From assembly GCA_044220975.1 (NCBI GenBank), contig JBGAPZ010000019.1, forward strand, positions 2,138 to 66,137: a DNA stretch of 64,000 bases, given 5' to 3'. The position numbers were made by a program, and so were the translations under genes. This stretch comes from Micropepsaceae bacterium. Lineage in GTDB: Bacteria > Pseudomonadota > Alphaproteobacteria > Micropepsales > Micropepsaceae. The notes beneath the pieces were generated by a model. The model did no database searches. It saw nothing but the letters and a program-made list of their open reading frames with translations, and was not told where the DNA came from. Of this stretch, positions 63,803-64,000 are shown one piece after another (the first letter of the stretch is position 1; the number at the start of each line of letters is the position of its first letter).

Positions 63803-64000
63803 GATTGCATAAACATCATGGCGGGGTGTTCCAGCAGGGCTTTGACGCGCTGAATGAACATCGCGGCGTCGTAGCCGTCGACCACGCGGTGGTCGAACGA
63901 GGACGAGAGGTTCATCATCTTCCTGACTGCGATGTGACCGTTATGGACGACTGGGCGTTCGATGATCGCGTTCGGGCCGATGATCGCGACCTCAGGGTGG
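63799..64000 (-). CDS. 3' end of a 2-oxoacid dehydrogenase E2 acyltransferase (BCKDH-like); 5' part is outside the window
   Basis: My own translation of the minus strand gives HPEVAIIGPNAIIERPVVHNGHIAVRKMMNLSSSFDHRVVDGYDAAMFIQRVKALLEHPAMMFMQS*. The stop overlaps the lpd ATG. Confidence 0.75.
   Translation of the reverse strand, partial: HPEVAIIGPNAIIERPVVHNGHIAVRKMMNLSSSFDHRVVDGYDAAMFIQRVKALLEHPAMMFMQS

Noticed and set aside
1-64000. Search for rRNA, tRNA, tmRNA, CRISPR arrays, transposases, integrases and phage genes
   Set aside because: I found no cloverleaf-like segments, no regularly spaced repeat arrays and no ORFs with transposase, integrase or phage signatures. The accessory-looking patch (5.9-7.6 kb) has repeats but no recombinase.

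Overview
High-GC, gene-dense chromosomal window. It looks alphaproteobacterial (Rhizobiales-like): it carries an imuA-imuB-dnaE2 cassette behind a GTTC-N7-GTTC LexA box and an AqpS-type ars cluster. This placement is inference only. Layout from left to right: (1) A metal(loid) block with the cusB tail, cusA, a truncated MerR/CueR-like gene, and a minus-strand arsR-arsI-arsC-aqpS cluster. (2) A visibly more AT-rich accessory patch (about 5.9-7.6 kb) with a 22-bp tandem duplication that splits an ORF, phased TTCCCTG repeats and small membrane ORFs. (3) A same-strand run of a DUF900-like lipoprotein hydrolase (frameshifted), a DUF4105-like protein, a small membrane protein and a DUF4336-like protein. 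(4) A large aromatic-catabolism region: a TetR gene plus SMP-30 gene divergent from a fused E1alpha/beta-E2-aromatic aminotransferase operon, then P450, alpha/beta hydrolase, paaZ and paaG on the minus strand, paaI, paaABCDE and a MenB-like crotonase. Three promoters in this region share one 23-bp dyad. (5) Small stress and unknown genes (DUF1428, two SRPBCC, TetR), HAD, crotonase, amidohydrolase, Dcp peptidase, SET-domain protein and MgtC. (6) A permease-GS-like-ALDH-ADH-amidotransferase operon, predicted to be a gamma-glutamylation amino-alcohol pathway. (7) The dnaE2-imuB-imuA SOS mutagenesis cassette. (8) LysR, Sel1, sulfotransferase-like, Grx-type ArsC and quinone oxidoreductase genes. 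(9) A translationally coupled three-gene operon of unknown function: a TelA-like protein, a single-pass membrane protein and a long coiled-coil protein. (10) DUF72 and a Csu/SCPU-type chaperone-usher pilus cluster. (11) A RidA gene with an in-frame amber codon, a frameshifted lpd and the 3' end of an E2 gene. I saw no rRNA, tRNA, CRISPR array, transposase or integrase. My best candidates for something undescribed are the PaaR-like regulon that links a 2-oxoacid dehydrogenase/aminotransferase operon to the paa genes, and the TelA-like three-gene operon. All family calls come from reading the translations, with no database search.
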